A DNA stretch of 64,000 nt from the human T2T-CHM13v2.0 reference genome, Homo sapiens. Each line of letters starts with the position of its first letter. Position 1 is the stretch's first letter. The notes beneath the pieces are model-generated. The model had not been told where the DNA came from, ran no database searches, and saw nothing but the letters and a program-made list of their open reading frames with translations. Location: the NCBI RefSeq assembly GCF_009914755.1, contig NC_060925.1; one strand, given 5' to 3'. This document shows, in pieces, positions 1 to 18,853 of the stretch. The translations under genes and the position numbers were made by a program.

Positions 1-2870
<2,870 letters not shown>

Positions 2871-2934
2871 AAGGTTAATATTGTTATGTGTGAATTTGAT
2901 CCTGCCATTATGATGCTAGTTGGTTATTTTGTCA

Positions 2935-3960
2935 GTTAGTTGATGCAGTTTCTTCATAGCATCAATGGTCTTTACAATTTGGTATGCTTTTGCAGTGACT
3001 GGTACCAGTTGTTCCTTTCCATGTTTAGTGCTTCCTTCAGGAGCTCTTGTAGGGCAGGCCTGGTGATGACAAAATCTCTCATCATTTGCTTGTCTGTAAA
3101 GGATTTTATTTCTCCTTCACTTATGAAACTTAGTTTGGCTGGATATTAAATTCTGAGTTGAAAATTCTTTTCTTTAAGAATGTTGAATATTGGCCCCCAC
3201 TCTCTTCTGGCTTGTAGGTTTTCTGCCACGACATCTGCTGTTAGTCTGATGGGCTTCTCTCTGTGGGTAACCTGACCTTTCTCTCTAGCTGCCCTTAACA
3301 TTTTTTCCTTCATTTCAATTTTGATGAATCTGACAATTATCTGTCTTGGAGTTGCTCTTTTCATGGAGTAATTTTGTGGTGTTCTCTGTATTTCCTGAAT
3401 TTGAATGTTGGCCAGTCTTGCTAGGTTGGGGAAGTTCTCCTGGATAATATCCTGCAGAGTGTTTTCCAACTTGGTTCCATTCTCCCTGTCATTTTCAGTA
3501 CACCAAACAAATGTAGATTTGGTCTTTTCACATAGTCCCATACTTCTTGGAGGCTTTGTTCATTTCTTTTCACTCTTTTTTCTCTAATCTTGTTTTCTCA
3601 CTTTATTTCATTGAATTGATCTTCAATGTCTGATATCCTTTATTCCGCTTGATCGATTTGGCTATTGATACTTGTGTATGCTTCACGAAGTTCTCATGCT
3701 GTGTTTTTCAGCTCCATCAGGTCACTTATGTTCTTCTCTAAACTGGTTATTCTAGTCAGCAAGTCATCCAACCTTTTTTCAAGGTTCTTAGCTTCCTTGC
3801 ATTGGGTTAGAACATGCTCCTTTAGCTCTGAGGAGTTTGTTATTACCTACCTTTTGAAGCCTACTTCTGTCAATTTGTCAAACTCATTCTCTGTCCAGTT
3901 TTGTTCCCTTGTTGGTGAGGAGTTGTGATCCTTTGGAGGAGAAGAGGTGTTCTGGTTTTT
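2935..3960 (-). pseudogene. Disrupted L1 ORF1
   Basis: ORF 3146-3541 (LENTLQDIIQENFPNLAR...ARREWGPIFNILKEKNFQ) is L1 ORF1p. Confidence 0.93.
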
Positions 3961-5334
3961 GGAATTTTCAGACTTTTTGTGCTGGTTTCTCCCCATCTTC
4001 ATGGATTTATCTACTTTTGGTCTTTGAAGTTGGTGACCTTTGGATGGGGTCTCTGAGTGAATGTCCTTTTTGTTGATATTGATACTATTCTTTTCTGTTT
4101 GTTAGTTTTCCTTCTCACAGTCAGGCCCCTCTGCTGCAGGTCTGCTGGGGTTTGCTGGAGGTCCGCTCCAGACCCTGTTTGCCTGGGTATCACTGGCAGA
4201 AGATGCAGACCAGCAAAGATTGCTGCCTGTTCCTTCTTCTGGAAGCTTCATCCCAGAGGGGCACCCACCAGATGCCAGCCAGAGCTTTCCTATATGAGGT
4301 GTCTGTTGGCTCCTACTGGGAAGTGTCTCCTAGTCAGGATACATGGGGGTCAGGGACCCACTTAAGGAGGCAGTCTGTCCCTTATCAGAGCTCGAACGCT
4401 GTGCTGGTAGATCTGCTGCTCTCTGTTTAAGTCTTCTGAAGCTGTGTCCACAATCACCCCTTCCCCCAGGTGTTCTGTCCCAGGGAGGTGGGGCTTTTAT
4501 CTATAATTCCCTGACTGGGGCTGCTGCCTTTTTTTCAGAGATGCCCTGTCTAGAGAGGAGGCAGTCTGGCCGCAGGGTTTTGCTGAGCTGGGGTGGGCTC
4601 CACCTAGTTTGAACTTCCCTGTGGCTTTGTTTACACTGTGAGGGTGAAACGCCTACTCACGCCTCAGCAATGGTGTATGCCCCTCCCCCACCAAGCTCAA
4701 GCATCCCAGGTCGAGCTCAGACTGCTGTGCTGGCCGCGAGACTTTCAAGTCAGTGGATCTGAGCTTGCTGGGCTCCGTGGGGGTGGGACCCACCAAGCTA
4801 GACCACTTGGCTCCCTGGCTTCAGCCCCCCTTCCAGGGGAGTGAATGGTTCTGTCTCTCTGGCGTTCCAGTCACCACTGGGGTATGAAAGAAAGCTCCTG
4901 CGCCTAGCTCAGTGTCTGCCCAAATGGCTGCCCGGTTTTGTGCTGGAAACCCAGGGCCCTGGTGGCGTGCGCACTGGAAGGAATCTCCTGGTCTGTGGGT
5001 TGCAAAAACTGTAGGAAAAGTGCAGTATCTTGCCCAGAGTGCACGGTACAGTCCCTAATGGCTTCCCTTGGCTGGGAGATGGAGTTCCCCGACCCCTTGC
5101 ACTTCCCAGGTGAGGCAATGCCCCACCCTGCTTTGGCTCGCCCTCCTTGGGCTGCACCCACTGTCCAACCAGTCCCAATGAGATGAACTGGGTACCTACC
5201 TCAGTTGGAAATGCAGAAATCACTCACCTTCTGAGTTGATCTCTCTGGGAGCTGCAGACCGGAGCTGTTCCTATTCGGCCATCTTGCCAGCAACCTAGAT
5301 GGCCTTTTATGATCAGTGATCCCTCTATCTAAAA

Positions 5335-5570
5335 TAGCTCCTATAACCCACATGACTATTAACCCCTACTTCTGCTTTTTCTTTCTTCACTGAGTTACAC
5401 TCGACATTATAATGGATGCGTACTTGCTTACTTGTTTATTGTTTGTCATTGACACTAGAAGGTAAACTTAATGAGGGCAAGGGTTTCGTCTTTTGCAGCC
5501 TGGGAGCACCAGTGCCTAGAATAGTGTTGGGCAAATAGGAGGTATGCAATAAATGCACTAACAAAAATTG
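5335..5570 (+). mobile_element. L2 3' end fragment
   Basis: The motif ctagaaggtaaacttaatgagggcaaggg...gtgcctagaatagtg...caataaatg is typical of an L2 3' terminus. Confidence 0.75.
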
Positions 5571-7209
5571 GCTTTTGAATATCGTTCTTTTTTTCTCAAC
5601 CCCAAGCTCAGAGTTAACCCTACCCAAATCATGATATAACATTGTGATTAGTTAACAAAAAGCCTCCTTTTTATTACTTTAAAAAAATCTTACTCCATAT
5701 CCATACTCGTTTCCTCTTACTCCTCTTTTCTCTCAAGGCATCTATGCTAATGATTCTGAAATTTCTCTTTGGTTATATATTTCTTTGGATATAAATTTAA
5801 AACACTAAAAATAGTGTTTTAAATTTCTGTGTTATAGTGCTCCAGATCCCATCCTGCTTCTTGTGTTCTTTCAGCGTTGTTTTTAAGAGAACTCTGTTAA
5901 CTACAGGGTGGTATTATTACATATTTTTTAAACCTTTCCACTTCTTCATTGATGGACATCTAGGCTGACCTCAACTCTGTTGCCAAAACTAATATTGGAA
6001 TGAATAACCATAATACATGCTCCCTTATATATCCATATGAAAGTGTTCTGGGATATATACTCAAGAGGAGGATTGCTAGATTATAGACTATAGGCATAAT
6101 TAATTTCTTCAAAGACTACCTGATTGTTTTCAAGAATAACCATACCAATTTGTACTTCCATCAGCACTGCATGAGAATCCAGTTTTCATACTGTACTATA
6201 CTATCTTACATCAAATTTTTGCAACCTGAGGAGTGTATATACTTGTTTTAGTTTGTATTTCTTTTATAACTAATAAGGTACTTGTAATTCATTTAAGATT
6301 TGCCATCTATAAATTGTCTATTCATATTTTTTATTCATTTTTTATTGGGTTTTGACTTTTTCTTGTTGACTAGAAGGAGTTCTTTTTATATTTTAGATAT
6401 TAATCTCTTAACAGTTTTGGAAATTGCAAGTATTTTCTCTTCATCTCTTCCCTGTGAATGTGTTGTCCATGATGATTTTTGTTGAATAGAAATTATTGAA
6501 ATTCCTCAATATTTAAACTTGTGGCTTTTGGTTTCGAAGTCTTACATATGAGAAAATTCTTCAGTACAAAGTCACGAGGATATTTTTACTATGCTTAGTT
6601 CCTTTGGCTCTTTTACATTTAGGAACTCACCTTTATATATGGTGTGAGGTATGTATCTAACTTATTTTTTCTTCATATTATTAGTCATTTTCTTCATTAC
6701 CCCCATTAAACAGTTCATCATTTTTATAGGAAAGTTGCCAAGATGGTACAGAGAGCACTTGCGTACACCTCACCCAATTTCAGTTTCTTTTAATGTCATC
6801 ATTTTATATCACTGTGGCACATTTTCCAAAACTAAGAGAACAATATTGGTACAATAACTGTTAACTAAGCTGCAGACTTTTATTCAGATTTTACCAATTT
6901 TCCACTAAAAAGCCTTTGCCTTTTCTGTTCCAGGATCCAGTCCAGATTATTATATTGCATTTAGTTTTCATGTCTCCTTAGTCTCCTCTGGTTTAGGACA
7001 GTTTCTCAGTCTTCCTTGTTCTTTCTGAACTTGACAGTTTCAAGGAGTATAGTGAGGTATTTTGCACAATGTTTTTCATTTGCATTTGTCTGATGTTTTC
7101 CTCATAATAAGATTTTGCTTTATAGATGTTTGAGAAGAATACCACAGAAGTAAACTGCCCTTCTCATTGCATAATATTAGAGGATACATGATGTCCGCAT
7201 TGACATCAC

Positions 7210-7658
7210 TGTAGGTTGAATAGTATCTCCCCAAAATTTATGTCCACACAGAACCTCAGAACATGACCTTATTTGTCAGTAGGATCTTTACAAATGTAAT
7301 TAGTTAAAGATCTTGAGATGAAATCATCTGGGATTTAGAGTGAGTCCTAAATCCAATCACTAGTGTCTTTATAAGAGAAAGAAGAGGGAGATTTGTACAC
7401 AGACATACAGTACAGAATATCACTGAAGACACAGGCAGATATTAGAGTGATGCAGCCACAAGCCAAGGAAACTTGGAGATAGCAGAAGCTGGAAAAGGAA
7501 AGGAAGGATTCTCCTTAGAACCTTCGGGAGGAAGGTGAAACTGATTACACCTTGATTTTGGACTTGCAGTCTTCAGCATTGTTAGAGAATAAAGTTTTGT
7601 TTTATTAAGCCACTAAGTTTGTAGTAATTTTTTGTGGCAGCCCTAGGAAACTAATACA
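7210..7658 (+). mobile_element. MLT1 (MLT1B/C-like) MaLR solo LTR
   Basis: TGtaggttgaatagtatctccccaaaa... through ...ggcagccctaggaaactaataCA. Confidence 0.85.
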
Positions 7659-8287
7659 ATTTGGCCAGGTTTCTTCATTATAATGTTACTGTTTTCCCCT
7701 TTCTATTATCTGTCCTTTGGAAACAAGTCATTAAGTCCAGTCCACACTCAAAGGATAGGGAAATTAAGCTCCAAGTCCTGAAAGAAATAGTGTCAACATG
7801 TATTATTTTGAATTCCCCTGTAAAGAAAGTTTGTTTCTTCTCTTCCATTTATTCATTCAGTTATTTATTTATGTCACAATGAACTCATGTATATTTATTT
7901 TATATTTTGTATTATAACCCAATACTACATTGTTTATGTTATTGCTGAACTTGTTGCATCCATGGCCAATGGAAGTTCTATCAGGTTGGCTGGCCCCTGT
8001 GTCCTTTGGACATTTTCCCATTTTTCTTCTTTTTGAGCACTGTATTTTCTGTTATATAAATATATTTCTTGTGTGTCTTAAAAATTTTATGTATTTATTT
8101 ATTATTGATATATAATAGCTCATATTTTTGAAGCACATGTGATATTTTGATACATGTATAATCAATAGATTTTTGATGACATTAATCATATACCAAGCTT
8201 CTAAATACTATTTTTGTGCTCTCCACTCTGGTGTGTTGATTTTTGTATGTGTGCCAATCCTGTGCTTTTATTACTATGGTTTTGTAG

Positions 8288-8650
<363 letters not shown>

Positions 8651-8937
8651 TCTTCTTCTTTTTCCAAAGTATCTTAGGTCTTTGTAAACTTTATTTATTG
8701 TTATATATTTTGAATTGTTTGTTAAGTTTCCCCTGCAAATTTTGCAGAGATTTTCATTTGAATTCCATTCATTTTATAAGTTAATTCTGGAAGAAGAATT
8801 GATGTCCTTATACTGTTAAGTCATTCCATCTGTGGACATGTTTTAATTTCCTTTATGTAGTGTTTAACATTTTTCATTAGTAGAATTGAAAAAAAAAAAC
8901 TTCTCAATGAAGTTTTTGAGAGTTGTTACCATTATCT

Positions 8938-9392
8938 GTGTCATATATTATTGCTCGGATGACCCAAACACTATTTCCAACCCCTTCTGTGGTTACAGAG
9001 GACACCCTCATGAATAGTTCTATTTCCTAGCTAGAGGGTAGTCTGGGATAGAGTTCTGCCAATGAAATATAAGCTGGAGTCTGTGGTAAAGAGGGTTCCT
9101 GTGAAAAATTCTGATTTCCTGAAAAAAGGAACAGATGAGCCTGGCACCATCTTTTCCCTTTCATTCTGCTTTAAATGTGGACATGCCTAAAGCTGGAGTA
9201 GCTGTCTTGCAATCATAAGGGAAAAGACAAGAGTGGTACAAAGACAATATCCCTGATATTATTGTTCCTCTGAACAAATGCAAGCATGCACCCACCTTCA
9301 GATATGTGAGAAAAATCAACTTTTAATTGTTTAAATTGTCATAAGTGGGGCTTTTCTGGTATGTGTAGCTGAACAAAAGCTTAAACTGGTAT
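8938..9392 (+). mobile_element. Old MLT1 LTR (MLT1J/K-like)
   Basis: MLT1 motifs gagttctgccaatgaaatataagctggagtctg and the 3' end tatgtgtagctgaacaaaagcttaaactggta. Confidence 0.6.
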
Positions 9393-10928
9393 GTAATGTA
9401 TTTTCCATTGTATTTCCTAACTGGATATTGGTGGCATAAGGGAACACTACTGACTTTTGTAGATTGAGCTCATGTCTAATAATCTTGCTTAATTTTATTA
9501 ACTTTATTGAACTACCTGTTAGATTGATTTGCTTGAGTTTTCTATGTATATAATCAAACCATTTGCAAATAATGCTAAACTGCCTCTACCCTCCCACTTT
9601 TTTCTTATAAGAACAATTTTCCTCATTGTCTCAGTGTACTGGCCAGGACTTGGCAGTACTAATGGTCATTTATTTTACAAAAACTTATTCAGCACCTGTT
9701 TTATGGAGGACACTGTTCTAGTCACTGTGGCAAACAAAGCCTCTCCATTACGCTAAGGACATTCCTGTCTTCTTTCATATCTTAAAGAGAATTCATCTAA
9801 ACTTTTATCTTACAGTTACCAAAATTCTGGTTTTAAATATATATATATATACATACTAATTCTTAAAATGAAAATGAATCAAATGACTTTCAATAACATA
9901 TTTCTTATTAAATTATATCATAGTAAGGTGTGATAATCTTCACAAGTTTGACTTTTGCAACTTGGTCAAAAACATTCAATGCTTTTTCAATATTTTTCTT
10001 CTTTTCTTTTTCTTTCCTAATTTGAATGTCCACTGTACAATACTGAGTTAGTCATAATCCTTGCTTGTGATATAGTCTATAGTCTAATTGTTTGTCTTTG
10101 GATTTATTTATTTATTTAGTAATATAACTGATACCCTTGCATTCATTTTCAATTCAAGAGCTATGGTGCAACTTACATCTTCATTTCTGCTTCTCTCTCT
10201 TCCTTCCATCTGCCTCTATCCTTCCTGTTATCACTATCTTGAATATTATGCTTATCATTCTCTAATCTTTATTTTCTTAGTTTTAGGCCTTACATTTCCT
10301 TTAACATTATACTTAGTTTTGTTTGTTTTTGAACTTTCAAAGATCTCATATGTAGTCTTTTAGGCTTGCTTATTTCTCTCGATAGCTGTGTATTACACAG
10401 ATAATACCACGTTGCTAAATGTGCCTCTAATTAATTCATGTTCAATGCTGTGTATTATTCCATTGTGTGAATATACTACAACTTATTTATCTCCTGTTCA
10501 GTCAGTGCATCTTTTAGTTGTTTCCAGTTTTCTGCTATTATAAAGTGTTGGTATGAACATTCTTGTTGATGTCTTCTTGCTCGTACTTGTGAGATTGTCT
10601 TTAGCTGAGAGCATATGTCTAAGAATGAAATTGCTAGGTTGAAGCATATGCACACCTTCAATTTTAGAAGATAATGCTAAAATTTGTCCAAAGTAATTTT
10701 ACCAATTTATACTTCACTAGTAATGCATAAGAGATTCTATTGATCGACACCTGCTACTACACTTAATGTTGCAGTCTTTTTCATTTTTATCAATCATATA
10801 GGTATAATATGGAATCTCATTTGGTCTTGGTTTGCATTTCCCTGATTTCTGCTGATCCTGAGCTCTTTGTAGGTTTATTGCTCATGTGTGATTCTTGTGA
10901 CGTGACTGTTAATGTTTTATTTTTGGTT

Positions 10929-11052
10929 CTCTGAGCCTCAGTTATTTTTTCATCTGTGAAATTCGGTTATTAATGCATACTGTATGGGATTTAATCAGAT
11001 ATTGTATGCAAAAATCTGGCTCAGTGTCTGTCACATAGTAGATCTTTAATAT
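10929..11052 (+). mobile_element. MIR fragment
   Basis: MIR core ctctgagcctcagtt...catctgtgaaat and 3' cagtgtctgtcacatagtag. Confidence 0.75.
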
Positions 11053-11467
11053 TTAATATTTAATCATTTTTCTTTGTTCCTAAGGTCATCTTGTGGCCTT
11101 TTGTGCTTTTCTAGATCCTTCCCTCTCTCTCCCTTCTCCCTTGCTCCTTCCTTCCTCCTTCCTTCCTTCCTTCCTTTTTTATGCCAACTTCAGAGCCCTT
11201 CTCTTATACTCAGTTCAGTGTCTGAAGCTCTGTAACCTTTATGGACCATCCAAGGAAGCAAAAGGTGCTTACTACCTTTTTGGACTCTAAGAAACTCAGC
11301 TGAATGCACCACCGCTGTTGTTTTCTCCACCTATTGAGAAATACTTCTATTTTGTCTGCAACCATGTTTTGTTGACAATTTGTCCAGCCTCTGACCAGAG
11401 ACTTCTGTTTTCTTTTGAACCCTGTGCCTATTCCTCAGATCTACTCTTCTTTATCAATATCAGCTGA

Positions 11468-11801
<334 letters not shown>

Positions 11802-11899
11802 AGGCCTCTCTTATTTCTATCCCATCCTGCAGTAAATTATCAGACACTCACTGAGTCCCAAGATACGACTCTACTGTGAGTACCAGAATCCTCTCACTC

Positions 11900-12066
11900 T
11901 GGGCTTTGCAAGCTTCACTGTGCGTGTGAATCACCTCGGGATCTTGTTAAAATGCAGATTCTGATTCACTACATCTGAGTAGCCTCTGAGAACCTGCGTG
12001 TCTAACAAACTCTCAGGCGACGCAGCTGCTGCTAGTCTGTGGACCACACTTAGAGGAGCAAAGGTC
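11900..12066. mobile_element. MER5A hAT-Charlie MITE
   Basis: gaatcacctcgggatcttgttaaaatgcagattctgattc...ggaccacactt. Confidence 0.85.
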
Positions 12067-12576
12067 TAGGCAACTTCTGAAGGCTTCTTCCAGCACTGGT
12101 TTTTTCTGATCTGTGAGTAGTAAACTGTAACATTCTATTCGCTTTGCTATCTTTTCTCTGTTTCCTCTCTGGTTTATTAGCGATTCATTAATTGAGTTAG
12201 CAAATGCTTTTTGAGTACCTGTAATGTAGTTGGCACCAATCTAGTGAAAGACATGTGAAAGTGAACAAAACAAACACCCCTGTCTTTAAGGAACTACCAC
12301 AAATGCAACTTATAAATAAAAAACAAATACCGTGTACTCTTTTATGCTACCTTTTTTTTTCTGTTCCTGATTTCATGAAATAACACTACACCTTATTTTT
12401 GGGTAACCAAGACAAATAATAGTACCCCTTTTTAGCCTTGGCTTCATGTGGTATCTTTCTTTTTTAATACTATTTTAAATTTTATTACAGTTTTCAAAAA
12501 TAAGCCATTTACAATATTATCTTGTTTAGAATGAACAACTTGTATTATTTTGATGAAAGTTAGTAATGGAATAAGC

Positions 12577-12598
12577 CACACACACACACACACACACA
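12577..12598. repeat. (CA)n microsatellite
   Basis: Direct read. Confidence 0.95.
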
Positions 12599-12788
12599 AA
12601 GCATCCTAAGACTCTTGCAAAGTAAACATTTAGTGGCTTTTTTTTTTATAAGAGAAAATTTGATTTCTATATCTAAGTTCTCTGTCAGACTGACTTTCCC
12701 TGTTCATTGTATGGCTTTTATTTTTCACGGCAGGAAGTAATTCTCAATAAATCTTAAAATGCAGGATGCCTTCATGTGTGCATGCGTG

Positions 12789-12826
<38 letters not shown>

Positions 12827-12832
12827 TGTGTG
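12789..12832. repeat. Compound (TC)n(TG)n microsatellite
   Basis: Direct read. Confidence 0.95.
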
Positions 12833-13115
12833 TTTGTCTCTATAATACACTTCAAGACAAAGCTTTTGAAGTGGAAGAAACTTCAAAGTTGGGCACCAAG
12901 CTTTTGAAGTGGATCTCACCTGAAACTAATTTTCAAAACAAGATAATTATATAGCATTCTTTCTTGTGCTTCATACATGACAGAGAAGAAATTTGTGGTG
13001 GCACATAGCACCTCTACCAAAGCCTAATGAATTTAAGCCAATAAACACAGTAGTTAAGGCATTTAACTTAAGAATTTGAAGACAGTAGTAAAAATGTTTT
13101 ATAAAAGGAAAATTG

Positions 13116-13456
<341 letters not shown>

Positions 13457-13782
13457 TTAAAACAACTGGTTAATTTGCAAGCTTGCTTTGGCATATGTGA
13501 AAATGATTGCGAGGTGATTGCAAAAATGCAAATTTAGGATACTTTAACACATCTCGTCAATCTCAGATTTAATCTATTCTTAATATATATTTAAAATGCA
13601 GCCAAATGACCTTTGAAATAGAATAAAAGAATAAAAAGAGATTCTCTGAAAAAGAAAATAAAAACACAATATCTAGTTTCCTTTTTTAAAAAAAGCAAAA
13701 CTATTGATGGGCTAATTGATTGTGATACAATAGACAGACATTGTAACTATACTGCAAGTTCTCTTGTTTTCTAAAAAAAGTA

Positions 13783-14122
<340 letters not shown>

Positions 14123-14449
14123 TGACATGTCAGACTGGAAAAAGTCTAAAACGTTAGAGTTTTAAACTTTCTAATTTATTGTCTCCAAGTAGGGCTGAAA
14201 GAGTTGAATAAAAAGAATTTAAAAGCATAAATATTACAATACTAAAGTACAATAGAGGATACATTAAGCTATGGTAGAGGATACATTTATAATACAGTAG
14301 GTTATTTTCATCGGGAGATTATCTTAGGACGGAATTTTTATATTGTTACTTCTGATCATATTTTTTTGTTTCAATACTCTCTAGTTTCTAAAACCACAGT
14401 GAAGAACATATACATTATCAAAAGAATTTTGAATTCCTCTACCTTGCTC

Positions 14450-14627
14450 ATGTTGGCTTCAGAGTATCAGTTTTTTTTGTTTGCATTCTATCGATCAAGC
14501 AAGTCTCCCATCCAGCCCAGTTTCAAGAGGAGGGAGGGAATTGACTTCATTTTTTGATAGGGGGATGGCATGTTTGTATAGGGAGGAAAAAAAGCTGGTG
14601 GCAGCTTTCTGGAAATAAGCTATCACA
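14450..14627 (-). mobile_element. Old MLT1 LTR fragment
   Basis: cattctatcgatcaagcaagtc...cagcccagtttcaagagg...ggtggcagc...ctatcaca resembles an antisense MLT1 5' end. Confidence 0.55.
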
Positions 14628-15848
14628 AGGATCATTCTTTGCATGGCGTGTAAATTAACTATTACAAGACTTTGAAGGCCATAATCTATGACTCTGGATT
14701 AAACTGTTTCCTGCAATTGTTTACATGATTTCTGAATGGGTGATCTCCTTAGGAAGGGGATGGCTTCTGAGGCTCAAATCCTCTGTATTTTGGAAAACAT
14801 AGACATTAACTTTGCAGCTGAGGGTGAATGGAAGCAAAAATATTTTGAAAAAACTTAAATCACTTTAGCAACTTCAACATTACAATTATTGTATAATTAT
14901 AATAATAAGGTAGAAACCTTATTATTAATGTTTTGTTAATGGTAAATGGACTAAAGTACATCTACACAAGAGAAATGATGTTTGAAAAAATGTACCCTCT
15001 ACCATAGCTTAATATATTCGCTATTGTACTTTAGCATTGTAATATTTATGCTTTTTCTTTAAAATATGTGCTTGAAAAGATAGTGTCTGCTGGTAATAAT
15101 TTCATTAATGAAGCATAACTACAATTCTGAAGTTGACTCTTTAAACTTCTTATGAGACTATTAAAGTTTGAACACAAATTTTCATTATTAAAACCTGTCA
15201 AATGTCTTTGAGCTTAAATACTAGGAGTCTCCTAAAATTCTACTGCTTGATACCTATGTCATGAAAAGTAAAAGTTATTGTATTCTTGGGAAACTAGTAG
15301 AGGGAGGAAACAAAAACAAAATTAAATATGAATATTTTTTCCAGCTTTTGTAACATCAAGAGTTCTTGAGATATAATTTATTCTATATCTACACAATTTT
15401 TAACAAGTTTAAACAATTATAATTCCAGAGAAAATGAGTATTTAATGGCTGGAAAAGATCAGCACTGAAGAAGAGATGGAGGCTGGAAACTATGGAAGAA
15501 GATCGTAGAGTTCTGGTTGCCTTGGGCTCCAATACTTCTTGACTTGGGCTATATGTCCCATGATAAGCATAAGTGACAGTTCCCAAATCAGTTTCTGTCA
15601 TGAAGGAGAATGGTAAAGAGGGTTCTCCTACTGATAAAAAGCCAGGCTTCTTTTTAGCATGGCATATACATATCATGACATTTAAAACCCATAGTATTGT
15701 AAATCAATGTTATCCCCATTTCACTGGTGAGAAAACAAGCTTATTGAGTTCGAGTAACTTGACCAGGGGGATGTGGTTGAAAATGAGGAACTCGAATGTG
15801 GTCCAAAGTCCACTGGTCTCCAAAATCCATTCACCCTGCTATTTACCA

Positions 15849-16360
15849 CAGCAGTCCTCAAACTTTTTGGCATCAGGGACCAGTTTTGTGGGAGACAATT
15901 TTTCCATGGACCAGGGGGTCAAGGGGGAATGGTTTTGGGCTAATTCAGCCTATTACATTTATCGTGCATGTTATTTCTAGTATTATTACATTGTAATATA
16001 TAATGAAATAATTATACAACTCACCATAATGTAGAATCAGTGGGAGCCCTGAGCATGTTTTTCTGCAACTAGACGGTCCCATCTGGGGGTAATGGGAGAC
16101 AGTGACAGATCATCAGGCATTAGAGTCTCATAAGGAGTGTGTAACCTAGATCTCTTGCACACGCAGTTCACAATAGGGTTTGTGCTCCTATGAGAATCTA
16201 ATGCTGCCGCTGATCTGATAGGAGGTGGAGCTCAGGTGGTAATGCAAGTGATGAGGAGTGGCTGTGAATACAGATGAAGCTTTGCTCACTCACCCACTGC
16301 TCACCTCTTGCTGTGAAGCCCAGTTTCTAACAGGCCACGGACTGGTACCTGGAGACCCTG
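15849..16360. mobile_element. MER1A hAT-Charlie element inserted near MIR fragments
   Basis: About 510 bp with MER1 internal motifs, degenerate TIRs and an 8-bp TSD ATTTACCA/GTTTACAA. Confidence 0.88.
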
Positions 16361-18286
16361 GTTTACAACATATATGAAGAAACATTATAATCTCAACTAT
16401 CACCCCCATAACCCTGTGAAGACTATTATAATGTAATTTTATAGGTGGAGAAACTGAGGCTTAAAGATTATTTTTTTCCATGCAGGAAAAAAAAATGTAG
16501 AGTGACTTGCACAAAAACAAAACTAGTAAACAGAGGGGTCAGGGCACATAGGCATTTCTAATTGCCGTCTCTTTCCCCAGTGCCAAAGCTTGCGAGTCAA
16601 CTCTTGCTCTCTGGTTTCTGGTTTCTCCACATCACTAAATGTTGAGATTTATTCCTTACTTCATTTATTCACGTATCAATAAACATTTAGTTAGTGCAAA
16701 GTATTTTATTAGGAAGGAAAAATATTTAAGGGGGTTGAAATAGTTAAGATGCTTTTCCCTAAATCTTGTCTCCTGAGATTTTTAAAAAATGTGCATTTCA
16801 TCTTTTCTTGTTTGAAACAAAAAGCAGCAGCTCAAGATGGCATCTGACTGAGATTTTATTTTTATTTTTAATTTTTATGTCTGGTCTGGGGTAGGTTGGA
16901 TCAAATTTTAAAGAAAACCATTTACTTGCAGTTAGCTGAGAATGAATGACCTAGTTTATTTTGTTGGCAAATTGCCTCCTTGACTAAGAAAAAGTCAAGG
17001 CCTATGTATGTCCGTGGCTAGAATGATCTCTTTGTGTCATAGAGGCTATGGCCTTGCCTACTCTAAAGCAAGTCACAAACTCAAGTCAAAAAAGGACTTA
17101 AGAGAGAAGAAGCACTTTTCTAAGAGAAAATCAAGAGAATTAGAAATAATGCCTTCCTTTCCCAAGTATTTTTTTACTTTTCTTATTATACTTGTCATTT
17201 CTATGTCAGTTTCTATATACATGCCATTTCTATGACATGTGTGCTTGTGGTAGCATGGAAACTGACAGAAATGACAGGTATAATATGAAAAGTAAAAAGT
17301 ACTTGGGAAAGGAAGGCAACATTTCTAATTCTCTTCCAACTTCTTTAATTTTCTAGATTATACCCTTAATTTTTATTTGTAAAACTAAGAGACATATTGC
17401 AATAATTATATACTTAAACCTTAAGGTAGATGTTACCTTTTGCATCAACCATGTGTTTTACAACTATGGTATGATTATGAGAAGTGTTTGGAGTGGGGCT
17501 AGGTTTGGGGTAGAAACCTTATTATTAGTATTTTATTAATGGTAAATGGACTAAGGTACATCTTCACAAGAGAAATGATGTTTTGAAAAAATACTTAATG
17601 ACATGGAAAATGCTCATGATATAATAAAAACTAAAAAATCAGGAGACAATATACTATAGCCTGAGACCATAAGACTAGAAAAATAAAAGACTGAAAGGAA
17701 AAAAAAAACTTTGTTATCTCTGGGTGGGAATGTTTACTGTGATATTATTTTTCTCATTGTACCTTCTTGTGTTTCTAAACTCTCTGTGGTGATCATGTAC
17801 AAACATACCTCAGAGATAATGCAGGTTCGGTTCCAGACCACCTCAATAAAGTGAATATTGCAATAAAGTGAGTCACATATAAAAGTTTCTCAGTGCATAT
17901 AAAAGTTATGTTTACACTATGCTGTAGTCTATTAAGTGTGCAATAACATTATGTAAAAAAGTACATATTTTAAAAAATACTTTATTTCTAAAAATTGCTA
18001 ACTGAACCTTCAGCACGTTGTTTTCTCTTTGCAAGTAGAGGATTTTGCCTTGATGTTGATAGCTGTTGACTGATGAGGATGGTGATTGCTGAAGGATGGA
18101 GCAGTTGTGGCCATTTCTTAAAATAATATAACAATGAAGTTTGTTGCATCAGTTTTCTTCCTTTCAGGAAAGTTTCTCTGTAGCATGTGATACTGTTGAT
18201 AGCATTTTACACACAGTAGAACGTCTTCCGAAATTGGAGTCAATCTCTCAAACACTGCCATTGTTTTATCAAATACATTTATGTGA

Positions 18287-18853
<567 letters not shown>

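Noticed and set aside
12905-12940. Minus-strand CAG|GTGAG recursive splice site
   Set aside because: The polypyrimidine tract is poor, the motif is expected by chance, and there is no other support.
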